64,000 nt of DNA, taken from NCBI GenBank assembly GCA_965215125.1, contig OZ244052.1, positions 896,001 to 960,000 on the forward strand, in the 5' to 3' direction. Positions within the stretch are counted from its first letter, which is position 1; each line of letters begins with the position of its first letter. Positions 28,047 through 39,780 of the stretch are shown one piece after another. Under the pieces are notes generated by a model. The model worked only from the letters and a program-made list of their open reading frames with translations, did not search any database and was not told the DNA's origin. The translations under genes were made by a program, and so were the position numbers. The DNA comes from an uncultured candidatus Porisulfidus sp. Lineage in GTDB: Bacteria; Pseudomonadota; Gammaproteobacteria; Poriferisulfidales; Oxydemutatoraceae.

Positions 28047-28088
28047 TAAAAAAGCCCGCCATCCGTACAAAAGTTCGGATGGCGGACA
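28047..28088 (-). terminator. Intrinsic terminator/attenuator between xoxF and xoxG
   Basis: CCGCCATCCG..CGGATGGCGG stem followed by T run on minus strand. Confidence 0.7.
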
Positions 28089-28134
28089 TCAAGACTTTAG
28101 AAGCCTTGTTTACTGTTTCTCTTTTAAGCTCTGA

Positions 28135-29916
28135 TTAGAGAGAGAATACAGTTAATACACCACCTAGGCGGGTATAGTTTTGTAGGTGACGATAGCCACC
28201 GACTGCACCCAAGCCATCGGAGTCTTCGGTCAATCCGGCAGCCATGCCTATGCCTGCCCAACCACCGACACCCGATAGGACAGCAACATATTGCGTGCCT
28301 CCGTGTTTGTAGGTCATAACATTACCGATAATCCCCGATGGGGTTTTGAACTTATATAGTTCTCTACCGGTTTTGGCATCAACAGCTTTCAGATAACCTT
28401 CAAGCGTACCGTAGAAAACGACACCGCCGGCTGTTGCCAAAGCACCGCTCCATACGGAGAACTTCTCTTCGTTGCTCCACTTAATCTCACCGGTACCGGC
28501 ATCCCAGGCAATGAAATTGCCCATGTGATCACCACCCGGAGCAGGATACATCTTGAGTGTAGCACCAACGTAGGGTTGCCCTGCAGTATAGCTCACTCTG
28601 AACGGCTCATAATCCATGCAGACATGGTTAGTCGGTACATAGAATAAGCCGGTCATCGGAGAGAACGCCGCCGGTTGTTGATCTTTGGTGCCTAGCGCAG
28701 CGGGGCAGATGTCGGTTGTATTGACATCTTCGCCTTGCTCACCAGGTGCATATTTAGCCACAACTTGCGGGCGACCGGTCTTCATATCAACGTGCGTTGC
28801 CCAGTTAACCACAGGGTCAAACTTTTCGGCAACCAACAATTCACCGGTTACACGATCAAGCGTATAGCCGAAACCGTTACGATCGAAGTGCACCAATGCT
28901 TTGCGCATTTGACCATTGACGGGAATATCGGCCAAGATCATCTCATTGATGCCGTCATAATCCCATTGATCCCACGGTGTCATTTGATAGACCCATTTGG
29001 CTTGTCCGCTATCCGCATCGCGTGCAAATATCGTCATAGACCAACGGTTGTCACCGGGACGCTGAACAGGGTTCCACGTGCTCGGGTTACCGGTGCCGTA
29101 GTAGACCAAGTTCACTTCCGGATCATACGAAAACCAGCCCCAGGTCGTGCCGCCACCAATTTTCCATTGGTCTCCTTCCCAGGTTGTCATACCTGAGTCT
29201 CTACCAACGGATTGGCCGAGGTGCGTCGTTGACGGTCCCATCAAAGTGTCGGAATCGGGTCCCATCGAGTAGCCTCGCCAGACTCTTTTGCCGGTATTGA
29301 TGTCGTATGCAGTTAAGTGACCACGAACACCAAATTCGCCGCCACTGATACCGATATAGACTTTGTCTTTGACAACCATAGGTGCCGCAGTACCGGTTTG
29401 TCCTTTGGAGATATCACCGTTTTTCGCACTCCAGATCATTTTGCCGCTTTTAGCGTCTAATGCGACCAGAGTGGTATCGGCTTGATGCAGGAATATCTTA
29501 CCGTCGCCATAAGCAACGCCGCGATTTACAGTATCGCAACACATCACCGGGATTGTTGCCGGATCTTGCTTAGGCTCGTATTCCCAAGCGATGCTTGCAT
29601 CGTTATCAAGATCCAGTGCCATCACTTTGTTCGGGAACGGTGTATGAACATACATCATATTACCAACCACCAGAGGGTTACCTTCGTGTCCTCTAAGAAC
29701 ACCTGTAGAGAAGGTCCACGCAACTTTCAGATCACCGACATTAGATGCAGTAATTTGATCTAACGAGGAGTATCTATGGTTGGCATAGTTACCAGTAGGC
29801 ATAACCCACTGATTGGGGTCGTCGGACATCTTCATAAGCATGCTGTTAGCATGCAGATTTGAAGTCCCGACCAGTGCAACTAATGTTGCAATAAAGAATG
29901 TAGATAATAATCTCAT
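28135..29916 (-). CDS. xoxF: Lanthanide-dependent PQQ methanol dehydrogenase XoxF
   Basis: [10 protein letters not shown], vicinal CC ([10 protein letters not shown]), WDYDG with the extra Ln-binding Asp; no mxaI; xoxG/xoxJ follow. Confidence 0.96.
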   Translation of the reverse strand: MRLLSTFFIATLVALVGTSNLHANSMLMKMSDDPNQWVMPTGNYANHRYSSLDQITASNVGDLKVAWTFSTGVLRGHEGNPLVVGNMMYVHTPFPNKVMALDLDNDASIAWEYEPKQDPATIPVMCCDTVNRGVAYGDGKIFLHQADTTLVALDAKSGKMIWSAKNGDISKGQTGTAAPMVVKDKVYIGISGGEFGVRGHLTAYDINTGKRVWRGYSMGPDSDTLMGPSTTHLGQSVGRDSGMTTWEGDQWKIGGGTTWGWFSYDPEVNLVYYGTGNPSTWNPVQRPGDNRWSMTIFARDADSGQAKWVYQMTPWDQWDYDGINEMILADIPVNGQMRKALVHFDRNGFGYTLDRVTGELLVAEKFDPVVNWATHVDMKTGRPQVVAKYAPGEQGEDVNTTDICPAALGTKDQQPAAFSPMTGLFYVPTNHVCMDYEPFRVSYTAGQPYVGATLKMYPAPGGDHMGNFIAWDAGTGEIKWSNEEKFSVWSGALATAGGVVFYGTLEGYLKAVDAKTGRELYKFKTPSGIIGNVMTYKHGGTQYVAVLSGVGGWAGIGMAAGLTEDSDGLGAVGGYRHLQNYTRLGGVLTVFSL

Positions 29917-30255
29917 TTCTTCCTCCCTTTTGTACAAAAGAAAATAGAATCCATTCAACTCAGAAAATTTCATTTGCATGAAATTCCTCGGACCTCATGT
30001 CCTCGCACGAACAAACTTTTCTCTTATGCAGAGAAAAAGTTTCCACCTCCTCTCCGTTCTTTTATGACTATAGCAGAAAGACAGTATATTGTCCTTTTTA
30101 GAACGAACAATTTTATCAATTCAATTTGTACTAAAACATTTTCAAATAACCATAAAACATAAGCTATATAATGCTTTAACAATTGGATTAAAATAAATAA
30201 ATAAGGAAAATAGATAAAATAAATGTGATAATGCCCGTCGGGACATCAGAAATTT

Positions 30256-31260
30256 TTAGAAATATCCTTTTGACCAGAAAGTTCCGGGCATGAGTTGAGT
30301 ACTGTTACCGACCGCTTCGCTGCCACCAATTTCAGACAGTATCGCCATCAGTTGTACCGCACTCTTTCGATCGGTTTCTCCCCATTGTGACGGGATGCCC
30401 TCGCGATAGCGATCGCGTAGCGCGATAAATGTTGCTTCGTTCTCTGCGCGCATCATCGGTCGCAATCTGTTCCATGCTTCGTTGTCGTTGCGCAAAAGTT
30501 CGCGAGCATTGCGTATCGCATTATTGAATCTCACGACCAGCCCGTTATGTTGCTTTGCCCAATCGCCACGAAAAGTGTAGCCTACCATCGGTATCGGATC
30601 TATGCCCAAATCCTTCATCACATCGGACATTTTCACTAGGGGATGATAGTTTATAGCTTCCAAACGAGCGCAGTAGTGCCAAAAATTCAACACTGCGTCT
30701 AGGTTGTTTCGTTCTATTTGCCCATTCAATAGCGGCGGTGCTGCATAATTAACGTCAACACTGTCGGATAATTTAAAGTTATGTTCCTTGTTCCCCCAGG
30801 CCTGCAATAACAACCAACTTTTATCGTGTGCGCCGCCTGCAACACCAAGCCTCAGATCGCGTAAATCGGACAACGACTCGATATTGGAATTGGGTGGCAT
30901 CATCACCGCGCCCAACGACGAGGAATAAGGAATAAAACTAAAGTCATCCCCTTCGGCACGTTTGCGCGACACCCAGACCCAGTCGGTTACAATCATATCT
31001 ACTTCCTTACTCTGAAAGATAATATGTACGGCTTGCTTATTTGCATACGACATGACTTCAATGCGAATGTCTTGTTCGGTATCGAGACCGTAATGCCGCG
31101 CAGTATCGAGTTCCCAATTTACCGTACCGAACTGTAGTGTCCCGACACGCACCGTTTCGGCTGCATTGATGATACCGCTAATCAGCATTATCAGTACAAA
31201 TAAAGTCGGCGTTATAAATCTCTTCATCAAAACTCTCTCAAACATTTTTGGAAAAACCAT
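30256..31260 (-). CDS. NitT/TauT-type substrate-binding protein, probably PqqT-like PQQ-binding protein
   Basis: FGTVNWELD, TDWVWVS, GGAHDKSW; immediately upstream of xoxF; TGATG-coupled to acs. Confidence 0.75.
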   Translation of the reverse strand: MVFPKMFERVLMKRFITPTLFVLIMLISGIINAAETVRVGTLQFGTVNWELDTARHYGLDTEQDIRIEVMSYANKQAVHIIFQSKEVDMIVTDWVWVSRKRAEGDDFSFIPYSSSLGAVMMPPNSNIESLSDLRDLRLGVAGGAHDKSWLLLQAWGNKEHNFKLSDSVDVNYAAPPLLNGQIERNNLDAVLNFWHYCARLEAINYHPLVKMSDVMKDLGIDPIPMVGYTFRGDWAKQHNGLVVRFNNAIRNARELLRNDNEAWNRLRPMMRAENEATFIALRDRYREGIPSQWGETDRKSAVQLMAILSEIGGSEAVGNSTQLMPGTFWSKGYF

Positions 31261-33203
31261 CAGTTTCCCGCCGCTGTCGCTTTCTCGGCAATAATCTCTT
31301 TGATGCTCGACGGGTCGGCCAGTGTAGAGATGTCACCGAGGTCATCGGTATCGTCGCTCGCAATTTTGCGTAGAATACGTCGCATGATCTTGCCGGAACG
31401 TGTTTTCGGCAAATTGGGAGCCCACTGGATAATGTCGGGAATTGCGATTGCACCGATTTGTCGGCGTACTAATTCGAATAATTCTTGCTTTATTGCATCG
31501 TCCCCGACAGTGCCTTCCATTAGTGTCACATAAGCATAGATGCCTTGTCCCTTAATGTCATGTGGATACGCAACTACGGCAGCTTCCGCAACCATATCGT
31601 GTTCCACCAGTGCGCTTTCAATTTCGGCGGTACCCAAGCGATGCCCCGAGACATTAATAATGTCGTCGACGCGCCCGGTAATCCAGTAATAACCGTCCTC
31701 GTCTCTACGACACCCGTCGCCGCTAAAGTATTTGCCGGGGAAAGTACTGAAGTAGGTGTCTACGAACCGCTGGTGATCGCCGTATACGGTACGCATCTGA
31801 CCAGGCCATGGTTTAGTAATAACCAGATTGCCTTCACAAGCACCCTCAAGTTCGTTTCCTTTATCGTCTACTATCGCCGGACAAACGCCGAAAAAAGGCC
31901 GTGTTGCGGAACCTGGTTTTAGTGCAGTTGCACCGGGTAGCGGTGTAATCATGTGACCGCCGGTTTCCGTTTGCCACCATGTATCTATAATCGGGCAACG
32001 TTGATCTCCGACTGCTTTGTAGTACCACTGCCACGCTTCGGGATTAATCGGTTCGCCCACCGTGGCGAGGAGGCGTAGGCTACTGCGGTCGGTTTTATGT
32101 ACCGGTGCATCTCCCAAACGCATCAACGCGCGTATCGCGGTCGGTGCGGTATAAAAGATATTAACACGATGTTTGTCTACGACTTGCCAAAAACGCGAAG
32201 CGTCGGGATAAGTCGGGACACCCTCGAACATCAGTGTCGTGGCAGCGTTGGCAAGCGGGCCATAAACAATATAGGAGTGACCGGTAATCCAGCCGATATC
32301 CGCGGTGCACCAATAGATTTCTCCGTCGTGGTAATCAAAGCTGTATTTATGGGTTATTGCGGCATATAGCAAGTAGCCACCCATAGTATGCAAAACCCCT
32401 TTGGGTTTCCCGGTAGAACCCGAAGTATAAAGTATGAATAAAGGATCCTCGGCATCCATCGCCTCGGCGGGACAATCGGTATCTACCTCGGCACAGAGTT
32501 CGTGAAACCAAGCGTCGCGATTGTTAATAAAAGGTATTTCCTCGCCGACATGCTTAACAACAATTACACGGCGAACATTCGGGCATTGCGTCAAGGCTTC
32601 GTCCACATTGGCTTTTAAGGGAATCGGCTTGCCACCGCGTACACCTTGATCGGCAGTAATAACGACGCGACAATCCGAATCTAGGATACGACTGCGCAAC
32701 GATTCCGACGAGAAACCGCCGAATACCACCGAATGCACGGCACCGATACGAGCACACGCCAGCATCGCAACAACGGCTTCTACGATCATCGGCATATATA
32801 TGCAAACCCGATCACCTTTGCGTACACCGTCGGCTTTTAATGCGTTAGCAAAGCGGCATACAAGGTGGTGCAATTCATGATAACTGAAAGTTTTAGAGAC
32901 ATTTGGATCGTCGCTTTCCCAAATGATTGCAGTGCGGTCGCCGTGTTTATCCAAATGACGGTCTAGACAGTTATAGCAAACATTCAACTGGGCATCGCCA
33001 AACCAGCGTATCAGTCCTTTATGGTAGTCCCACTCGAGTACCCGGGACCAAGGACGCGACCAGCTAATAAATCGATGCGCTTGATCACCCCAGAATTTTT
33101 CGGGGTTGTTAATGGATTCACTATAAAGATGCCGATAAGCCTCTGAATCAATAAGTGTGTTTTCCGCAATCGTTTCGGGTACTGGGTATAAAGAAGGGGG
33201 CAT
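31260..33203 (-). CDS. acs: Acetyl-CoA synthetase
   Basis: [33 protein letters not shown]. Confidence 0.97.
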   Translation of the reverse strand: MPPSLYPVPETIAENTLIDSEAYRHLYSESINNPEKFWGDQAHRFISWSRPWSRVLEWDYHKGLIRWFGDAQLNVCYNCLDRHLDKHGDRTAIIWESDDPNVSKTFSYHELHHLVCRFANALKADGVRKGDRVCIYMPMIVEAVVAMLACARIGAVHSVVFGGFSSESLRSRILDSDCRVVITADQGVRGGKPIPLKANVDEALTQCPNVRRVIVVKHVGEEIPFINNRDAWFHELCAEVDTDCPAEAMDAEDPLFILYTSGSTGKPKGVLHTMGGYLLYAAITHKYSFDYHDGEIYWCTADIGWITGHSYIVYGPLANAATTLMFEGVPTYPDASRFWQVVDKHRVNIFYTAPTAIRALMRLGDAPVHKTDRSSLRLLATVGEPINPEAWQWYYKAVGDQRCPIIDTWWQTETGGHMITPLPGATALKPGSATRPFFGVCPAIVDDKGNELEGACEGNLVITKPWPGQMRTVYGDHQRFVDTYFSTFPGKYFSGDGCRRDEDGYYWITGRVDDIINVSGHRLGTAEIESALVEHDMVAEAAVVAYPHDIKGQGIYAYVTLMEGTVGDDAIKQELFELVRRQIGAIAIPDIIQWAPNLPKTRSGKIMRRILRKIASDDTDDLGDISTLADPSSIKEIIAEKATAAGN

Positions 33204-33229
33204 TTTAACTACGCTTAGTTATCAAAGAG

Positions 33230-33268
33230 AATGCCTGCCGATAGTGAATCATCTATCGGCAGGCATTA
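33230..33268. terminator. Long perfect hairpin between aldehyde dehydrogenase and acs
   Basis: AATGCCTGCCGATAG-N8-CTATCGGCAGGCATT. Confidence 0.55.
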
Positions 33269-33283
33269 AGGCACTTACTATGC

Positions 33284-34795
33284 TTAAGAGATATTAACCG
33301 TGACAGCTTTGAGTTCGGTATAGTTTTCCAATACTGCTTCACCCATTTCACGCCCCCAGCCGGATTGCTTATAACCGCCGAAAGGTAGTGCGGCATCAAA
33401 AACGTTATAGCAATTAATCCACACCGTACCTGCTCTCAAACGAGCTGCCAGACGATGTGCTCTGCCAAGGTCTCTGGTCCATATACCAGCTGCCAATCCG
33501 TAGATTGTGTCGTTGGCATTGTTGATTATGTCGTCGTCAAGTTGCTTGAACGGCATCATAGTGACTACCGGGCCGAAAATTTCTTCCTGATTAACTTGCA
33601 TATCTTGCTTGGTGTTAATCAGTACTGTCGGTTCAACAAAATAACCTGAACCGTCTTTTTTCTTTCCACCGACCACTGCTTCGGCACCGTCGCTTAGCCC
33701 CGAATCCAAATAACCCGAGACTCGCTCATGTTGAATTTTGGATACCATAGGCCCCATCTCGGTGTTTGGATCCAATCCCGGACCCAATTTGATCTTAGAT
33801 GCCATATCGGAAACGCCTTCAACAATCTTGTCAAAGACTTTAGTGTCGGCATATATACGCGAACCGGCACAACAGCATTGCCCATGGTTAAAGAAAATAG
33901 CATTGGCCGTGCCTTGAATAGCGACATCCATATCGGCATCGTCCAGTACGATGTTCGGAGATTTCCCTCCGAGTTCAAGCGAAACTTTTTTCAGGTCGTT
34001 TGCCGCAGCTTGTACGATCAACTTACCGACTTCGGTTGAACCGGTGAAAGCAACTTTATCTACACCCGGATGAGAAGCAAGTGATGCACCTGCGGTTTCT
34101 CCATAACCGGTGATGATATTAACCACGCCGTCCGGAACCCCTGCCTCTTGTATAATTTCTCCGAGCCTAAGTCCCGATAGCGGCGTTTCTTCCGCTAATT
34201 TAAGGACAATAGTGCAACCCGTTGCCAGTGCCGGAGCTAATTTCCAAGCTGCCATCAGTAGCGGAAAATTCCATGGAATTATTTGTCCTACTACACCGAT
34301 AGGTTCTCTCAGTGTGTATGAGTGATATTGTGCACCGGGAGTGTAAGGCACCGATAGAGAAAGTGTATCTCCGTGCATTTTCGTTGCCCACCCCGACATA
34401 TAATGGAATATGTCGGCTGCCAACGGCACATCGGCTACTCGCGCCACAGTGACGGGCTTACCGTTATCTAGCGATTCTATCTCGGCAAGTTCATCCAGAT
34501 TATCTAAAATCAAATCACCAATTTTGGCTATCATTCTGCTGCGCTCGGAAGGCGACATCGCCGGCCAACGCCCGCCTTCAAATGCCCTTCGCGCAGCTTT
34601 AACCGCCAAGTCAACATCTGCTTTATCGCCTTCTGCAACATGTGCAACAACCTCTTCGGTTGCCGGATTAACAACTTCCAATGTCTTACCGGATACCGAC
34701 GATACCCATTTACCGTCAATGAGCATTTTTCTTTGCTCTTGTATGAATTGTTGAACCGATGTATCCAGTTCAAACTTTTCAGCAGCTACATTCAT
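33284..34795 (-). CDS. NAD-dependent aldehyde dehydrogenase
   Basis: IPWNFP, FTGSTEVG, LELGGKSP, GQCCCAG, EEIFGPV. Confidence 0.95.
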   Translation of the reverse strand: MNVAAEKFELDTSVQQFIQEQRKMLIDGKWVSSVSGKTLEVVNPATEEVVAHVAEGDKADVDLAVKAARRAFEGGRWPAMSPSERSRMIAKIGDLILDNLDELAEIESLDNGKPVTVARVADVPLAADIFHYMSGWATKMHGDTLSLSVPYTPGAQYHSYTLREPIGVVGQIIPWNFPLLMAAWKLAPALATGCTIVLKLAEETPLSGLRLGEIIQEAGVPDGVVNIITGYGETAGASLASHPGVDKVAFTGSTEVGKLIVQAAANDLKKVSLELGGKSPNIVLDDADMDVAIQGTANAIFFNHGQCCCAGSRIYADTKVFDKIVEGVSDMASKIKLGPGLDPNTEMGPMVSKIQHERVSGYLDSGLSDGAEAVVGGKKKDGSGYFVEPTVLINTKQDMQVNQEEIFGPVVTMMPFKQLDDDIINNANDTIYGLAAGIWTRDLGRAHRLAARLRAGTVWINCYNVFDAALPFGGYKQSGWGREMGEAVLENYTELKAVTVNIS

Positions 34796-34954
34796 AATGT
34801 ATACCTCCTATAAATATGGATTATAAAAGGTTAGATTATAGCAAAATTACGAAATTAGTGACTTGTTGTTGCTTCATTTTACTTAAATTTTATTTAACAA
34901 TAGTTAATAAAAATTTTGTCTTTTTCTTGCCGGATTGGCTTTATATAGTTGGAA

Positions 34955-35207
34955 GTATGGGACTGTTGAAAAAGTACCCACGAACTGTAGGACGGTACAT
35001 TCCCCTCCTTCGGAGGGGTGGCAGGCGCAATAGAACCGCCGATTGAGCCAGTAGGTCAATCGGCAATTATGATGTCCGCCCGTAACGTATCATGTTTGCA
35101 CGATTAACGCGTTCACCCATTAATATTATGGAAACCATTATTTGTTGGCGCAAGCGGTTGGTGTCGTGTAGAACGGTACTTAAGGGCAGACACACAGGTC
35201 TGCCCCT
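34955..35207. repeat. REP/MITE cluster ending in REP GGGCAGACACACAGGTCTGCCCCT, split by an IS
   Basis: Same modules as other clusters; continues at 38785-38885. Confidence 0.88.
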
Positions 35208-35439
35208 GATATGGATGACCAGCTTGTCAAGATTAAATTTTTACCGAAGTCTACATTCCCAAGAGTCACCAGAACTCAAGGGTTAAATGACGGCACAGAT
35301 GATGCCAACAGGGAGCGAGCGATAGCAATGCGCCACCCCTCTTAAAGCATGCATCAGGTATGTGTATGCGCCACTTGTCGTGGCGGCTTTCGTGCACCTG
35401 CTTTATCTCCTTGTTAACGGCATCATGCTGTACCGAAGA

Positions 35440-35700
35440 GAGACAGAGCGAAGCACCGCTAAAGTACTCAACTAATGAGTCGTTCGGTATTATCAACCTC
35501 ATATTCGTGTACTTTGCTTTCGCATTACCACATGATAAGTCAATTGGATGAACTGTGCCCCTTAATCTACGGTCAGTTGCCTTGCCACGCATCATGCCTG
35601 GCAGTTTTCTATGGGCAGATACTCTAGGACGGCATCTAAGTTCGGAACTTGTCATTGACTTTAGCTTCAACTCTCTCGGTCTCTCAGAACTCTATCTGGC
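35440..35700 (-). ncRNA. Putative bridge/seek RNA in the 3' non-coding end of the IS1111-type element; ends approximate
   Basis: RNA sense UCUGCCCAU-hairpin-CCGUAG resembles target TCTGCCCCT/CTACGG; AUAUGAG resembles junction ATATCAG. Confidence 0.6.
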
Positions 35701-35980
35701 AGCCTCTTGCTTAACGAGCTTGCTCAACCACCGTTGCCGCGTGCAATGCGTTTTCAGCGGCCTGGGCAGCACGCAAGGCTTCCCACACAAAACCGAGTAG
35801 CTCTCTGGCACACGCCACCTTAATCTTGTTGAATGGTTTGTTGGCATGATACATCGTCTGATACTTCTTATACAAACGCTTCATGCAACGGTCGCCTATC
35901 TCTATAGCCACTAGGTCTTGGTCGGCGCGTCGGACACGCAATGCCTTATTCACGCTATAGCGTCTACCCGCCAACTGGCA

Positions 35981-37789
35981 CCCTAATTCCGCAATAGACC
36001 ACCTGCAAAAGTCCGTAATCTCTTATGTTGCAACACTCTCATGCATATTCCCAATTCACCCATTAGGTGAAACATAATTATTACTAATTTTTTACATAAA
36101 ACTCTGTACAACGCCTTATTTTTTTGTTACTATTTACCAATTAATAACTTCGGAGGTATTATGTCAAAACAAAAAAATCAGCACAATCAATCATCGTATA
36201 CGCTAGCTACCACCCACCAGAAATTGACCTCTCGTTGTGGTTTGTTGGCATTGATTAAAGTGCTCAAAGCACTACAACTTAAGCCACAAGCAGACACTGT
36301 GTTTGCGGCACCGGGTAGCAATCGTGGCTACCGCAATGGCGACATTCTAACGAGCTTCATCTTGATGCTCAACGAGGGTGCGAGATGCCTTGAGGATGTC
36401 TGCCATTTACACACCGAAAGGGTGTTGCTTAAGCTGGGAGGTATTAACAAGATACCGGGAGCAGACACTTTGGCGAGGTGGTTGAAACGCCATGGTCAAG
36501 CCGGTGCCGGTTTAGTTCACCAGCTCAATCGCACGGTGATTGCCAAGACCCTGAAGTTGTGGAAAGTAAAGCATGTGACTTTGGATATTGATGCGACTAC
36601 TATTTTGACCGAGAAAGTCGGTGCTAAATGGACGCGTTTTAAGGAGCGTGGTTTCATGCTAATGGTCGGCACGCTAGCTGAAGTGGGTCAAGTCATCGCC
36701 GTTGAGTTGCGCCACGGCAATGTCTCCCCGAACTTTGATAATATCGGTTTCATCAAGACCTGCCAAGCACAGTTGCCGAGTGGCGTAATACTCAAGCGGG
36801 TGCGTATCGACTCGGCAGGGTATCAACAAGCAATCATTGAATATCTAGTAGCTCAAGGAATAGAGTTTGTTATTCGTGCGCCGATGTACCCGTCAATAGC
36901 GCAAGCGATTGCTGGTCTGTCGGAAGCAGACTGGCGACCATTGCGATTAAGCGACGGCAGTTTATCACCCCACGACTATGTGGCTCGCTGCACTTATCAG
37001 ATGTATCGCAGCAACCTCGTATTTACGCTAGTCATTCAACGCCGCCTCAAGAGCGAAGCCGCCCGACAGTCTAACCAACCGGAGTTGTCGGGACTGTCTG
37101 AACAGCTGCGCTATCAACCCGACAAGTATGACTATCGTGTGATTGCGACTAACATCAACGGGCTAGACGATGCACAGATTGTACATGAGTATAATCAACG
37201 CGGTGAGCATTCCGAAAACCGCATTAAAGAACTCAAATCGGATTTTGTTGCCGGTCGTTTGCCGTGTAGTGATTTTGCTGCCAATGCTCTGTATGTTTGT
37301 GTGTGTGCTTTAGCCTACAATGTGTTCGCACTGATGCGTGCCGGCTTAGCTAAACAGTTTCGTTCCTCTAGAGCCCCGACGCTCAGGGTCCGCCTGTTTG
37401 GTTTAGCGGCGAAGATTGTACGACAGGGTCGGCAATGGAAGCTCAAACTACACGAAGTGCATCGTAGTTTATTGAGTGGAGTTTTCTCAGACCTTGATGA
37501 GACTATCGGCAAGCTATTGCCGGATATGCGATACCCCTTGCTACATTAACTAGCCACCTTATCTCTTCATTACTCATAAGGCATCAATCAAAGTAGATGC
37601 CATGCCCCAGCATACCCTAATACTAGAGATTAGAGTACTTTGATGCTTCATTTAGCTCTCAATAGGAGTTTATCTCCCGTCACCGAGCAATGATGTGGCA
37701 TTCAGTTTCGGGTTCAGGCGATTGCCCTGATAATTTAGCAGTAAATTATCCATCACATGCAATTTTCATGCTCTATTGAGAAATTAGGG
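35981..37789 (+). mobile_element. IS1380-family element, copy 2 (1809 bp)
   Basis: Same IRs and TGGCA duplication as copy 1; identical protein. Confidence 0.93.
36161..37549 (+). CDS. IS1380-family DDE transposase
   Basis: Identical translation to 17953-19341. Confidence 0.93.
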   Translation: MSKQKNQHNQSSYTLATTHQKLTSRCGLLALIKVLKALQLKPQADTVFAAPGSNRGYRNGDILTSFILMLNEGARCLEDVCHLHTERVLLKLGGINKIPGADTLARWLKRHGQAGAGLVHQLNRTVIAKTLKLWKVKHVTLDIDATTILTEKVGAKWTRFKERGFMLMVGTLAEVGQVIAVELRHGNVSPNFDNIGFIKTCQAQLPSGVILKRVRIDSAGYQQAIIEYLVAQGIEFVIRAPMYPSIAQAIAGLSEADWRPLRLSDGSLSPHDYVARCTYQMYRSNLVFTLVIQRRLKSEAARQSNQPELSGLSEQLRYQPDKYDYRVIATNINGLDDAQIVHEYNQRGEHSENRIKELKSDFVAGRLPCSDFAANALYVCVCALAYNVFALMRAGLAKQFRSSRAPTLRVRLFGLAAKIVRQGRQWKLKLHEVHRSLLSGVFSDLDETIGKLLPDMRYPLLH

Positions 37790-38886
37790 TGGCAGGCTTC
37801 CACGCACGCCGTGCGGATGTATTTGTTGCCCATCCCGGTAATACCCCCTTTGCGACTCTTGCCACCGGAACTATACTCACTGATACTCAAGCCGGCATAA
37901 CCGGCCAGATGACGCGCCTTGACAAACCGACCGATGTCGCCAATCTCAACAATCAGCGTCATCGCAATCAACTCGGCAATGCCTCTGATACAACATAAAT
38001 AGCCGACCGCCCGACGATACGGCTCGGATATCGCTAACTGATGTATATCGTTCTCATAGCGTCTGATAACCCCTTGTTGCGTCTCCAATAGATACAGCTT
38101 GTTCTCTAAATCGAGGCGGAAATACTTATCTAAACTGTCGTCGACTAGCAACCGCTTTAAGAATGCCATGTGTTGCTTCGTCCAATAGCTCTTAGCCTGC
38201 ATACTGGTGCGATAACTAATCCCGCGATAACGGCACGACGACAAAATCTGCAGTTTATAGATCTTGCAGGTGTTGACCACTTGTTGGCGTCCACGAATGA
38301 GTTGTCGGTGACCTTCGCTCTCAGTATCAATATCGTGGACGATTTTCAACATACCTTGTCGGTAGTATTCAGCCAGCTTAACGCTATCTAAATGATCAGT
38401 CTTGATGCGATCCGAGGGGCGCACCGGGATCAGCGACGGCGCAATCACATCGCAGTGAATGCCCAGCGCATCAAATTGTCGCTTTAACGAAAAGCCTAAA
38501 TAGCTTGCTTCATAACAGACCCTAATCTGTTCATACGGCAAAGCGATTTTGGTGATTGCCTTATGCAATGATGCAAAGTCCGGGCGAGTTTTAATGGAAT
38601 GATAATTATTGTGTTTAGAAATGGCTGTGGCAGTGAAACGATTATCATCAACATCAATGCCAACATACAGTATACTAGTCATGGATGACCTCCTTTGTTT
38701 AGTGGTTAATTAAACCCCTCTTAAGAGGGGAACTAAAATGAAAGTTTAACCAACTTTCAGCAAAGCTGGTCATCCATACTATCTACGGCTTGGTGGTTAT
38801 TATAAATTCACGGCGCAAGCGGTTACGGTTGCACGCTGATGATACTTTTTCAACAGCCCCGTCGTGTCTGTACGAAGTACAGTCGT

Positions 38887-39780
38887 CTATCGGGGTATGC
38901 GTTGAGATTTGATTTGTGCTTTGAGTATTTCTTTTTGAGTTTGCTGGCTTTGTCGGTCTTTGAGTTCTTGTTGTAGCAATCGAGTATTGTGTATTTCATA
39001 GCGGGATTGTGCTTGTGCGGCATGCCGGCGTTGTTTGGATAGCTTGCAGTATTGATGCTTGGCGTTGCGGTATATTTGAGTGAGCGGGATGTGGCTCGGG
39101 CAGACGGCATCGCACGAACCGCACAATATACAGTCGGCTAAGCCTTCGCTAATCGCCGCATCCGTGTCGCAGGCTTGTATGAGTTGATAAAGGCTGTGGG
39201 CAGGCAAATCCACCGGGCATATATCGTTGCAGCGATCGCAGTGGATGCAAGCTGTTTCTACTTTGGTAGGCTGATCGGTGATCTTGTCGGGCTTGGCTGC
39301 TATCATTTCTATGCAGTCCATCGGACACGGGGCTACGCATAGCTCGCAACCGGTGCAGTATTGTTCTATAACACTGTGCATGTATTCGTGCGTGCCGACG
39401 ATAGCATCAACCGGACATGCTTTGATGCATAAGGTGCAACCGATGCAATCGGCTTCTCTAATGCGGGCGACGAGCGCAGTTGCCTCTGCGACAGGTTGCC
39501 TGTTCGGAGCTTCGCGCCCTAATAATCGGCTCAATGCGACGATGGCGGTTTGTCCGCCCGGCGGACATTGATCTATGGGCGCATTGTTTTCCACGATGGC
39601 TTGTGCATAAGGTCTACAGCCCGGATAGCCGCATTGCGCACATTGTGTTTGCGGCAACAAGGCATTGACCTGAGAGACTAGGCTGTCGTCGGTGGGGGCA
39701 AGGTAGGCAGCCAAGCGTTCTACCGCATATCCTATCAACAGTGCGGTGGCACCGAAGATCAGTATCGCCATCGTCATCAA
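38887..39780 (-). CDS. rnfB: RnfB fused to an RnfC-like C-terminal 2x[4Fe-4S] and coiled-coil segment
   Basis: [38 protein letters not shown], then [12 protein letters not shown] and [17 protein letters not shown]. Confidence 0.85.
   Translation of the reverse strand: MMTMAILIFGATALLIGYAVERLAAYLAPTDDSLVSQVNALLPQTQCAQCGYPGCRPYAQAIVENNAPIDQCPPGGQTAIVALSRLLGREAPNRQPVAEATALVARIREADCIGCTLCIKACPVDAIVGTHEYMHSVIEQYCTGCELCVAPCPMDCIEMIAAKPDKITDQPTKVETACIHCDRCNDICPVDLPAHSLYQLIQACDTDAAISEGLADCILCGSCDAVCPSHIPLTQIYRNAKHQYCKLSKQRRHAAQAQSRYEIHNTRLLQQELKDRQSQQTQKEILKAQIKSQRIPR

Larger units (their letters stand above)
35711..38682 (-). pseudogene. IS110/IS1111 recombinase split by IS1380 (38682-37790 and 35975-35711)
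   Basis: Removing the IS1380 and one TGGCA restores ...RTACVEAC-QLAGRRYS... in frame (385 aa); GIDVD, YEAS, KTDHLD, SSGG motifs. Confidence 0.92.
35208..38784 (-). mobile_element. IS1111-group IS110 element inserted in a GTAG-REP (CT core), interrupted by IS1380
   Basis: Sub-terminal IRs ATGGATGACCAGCTT (35211-25) / AAGCTGGTCATCCAT (38763-77), 3 and 7 nt from the ends; internal IR copy at the start codon; long 3' non-coding end. Confidence 0.9.

Noticed and set aside
28135-29916. Calcium-dependent MxaF or ExaA/PedH-type enzyme
   Set aside because: WDYDG has the lanthanide-binding Asp, the sequence is methanol-dehydrogenase type, and xoxG/xoxJ follow without mxaI
1-35000. Lanmodulin or a TonB-dependent lanthanide receptor
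   Set aside because: No EF-hand repeat protein or large TonB-dependent receptor ORF is visible in the window; they may lie elsewhere in the genome
35266-35800. ORFs 35266-35670, 35360-35551 and 35555-35800 as passenger genes
   Set aside because: They lie in the structured 3' non-coding end of the IS1111-type element and have no recognisable protein features
17773-37789. xox/pqq block acquired as an IS1380 composite transposon
   Set aside because: Each copy's own flanks rejoin perfectly (a repeat module and an IS110 reading frame), so they are independent insertions into resident DNA
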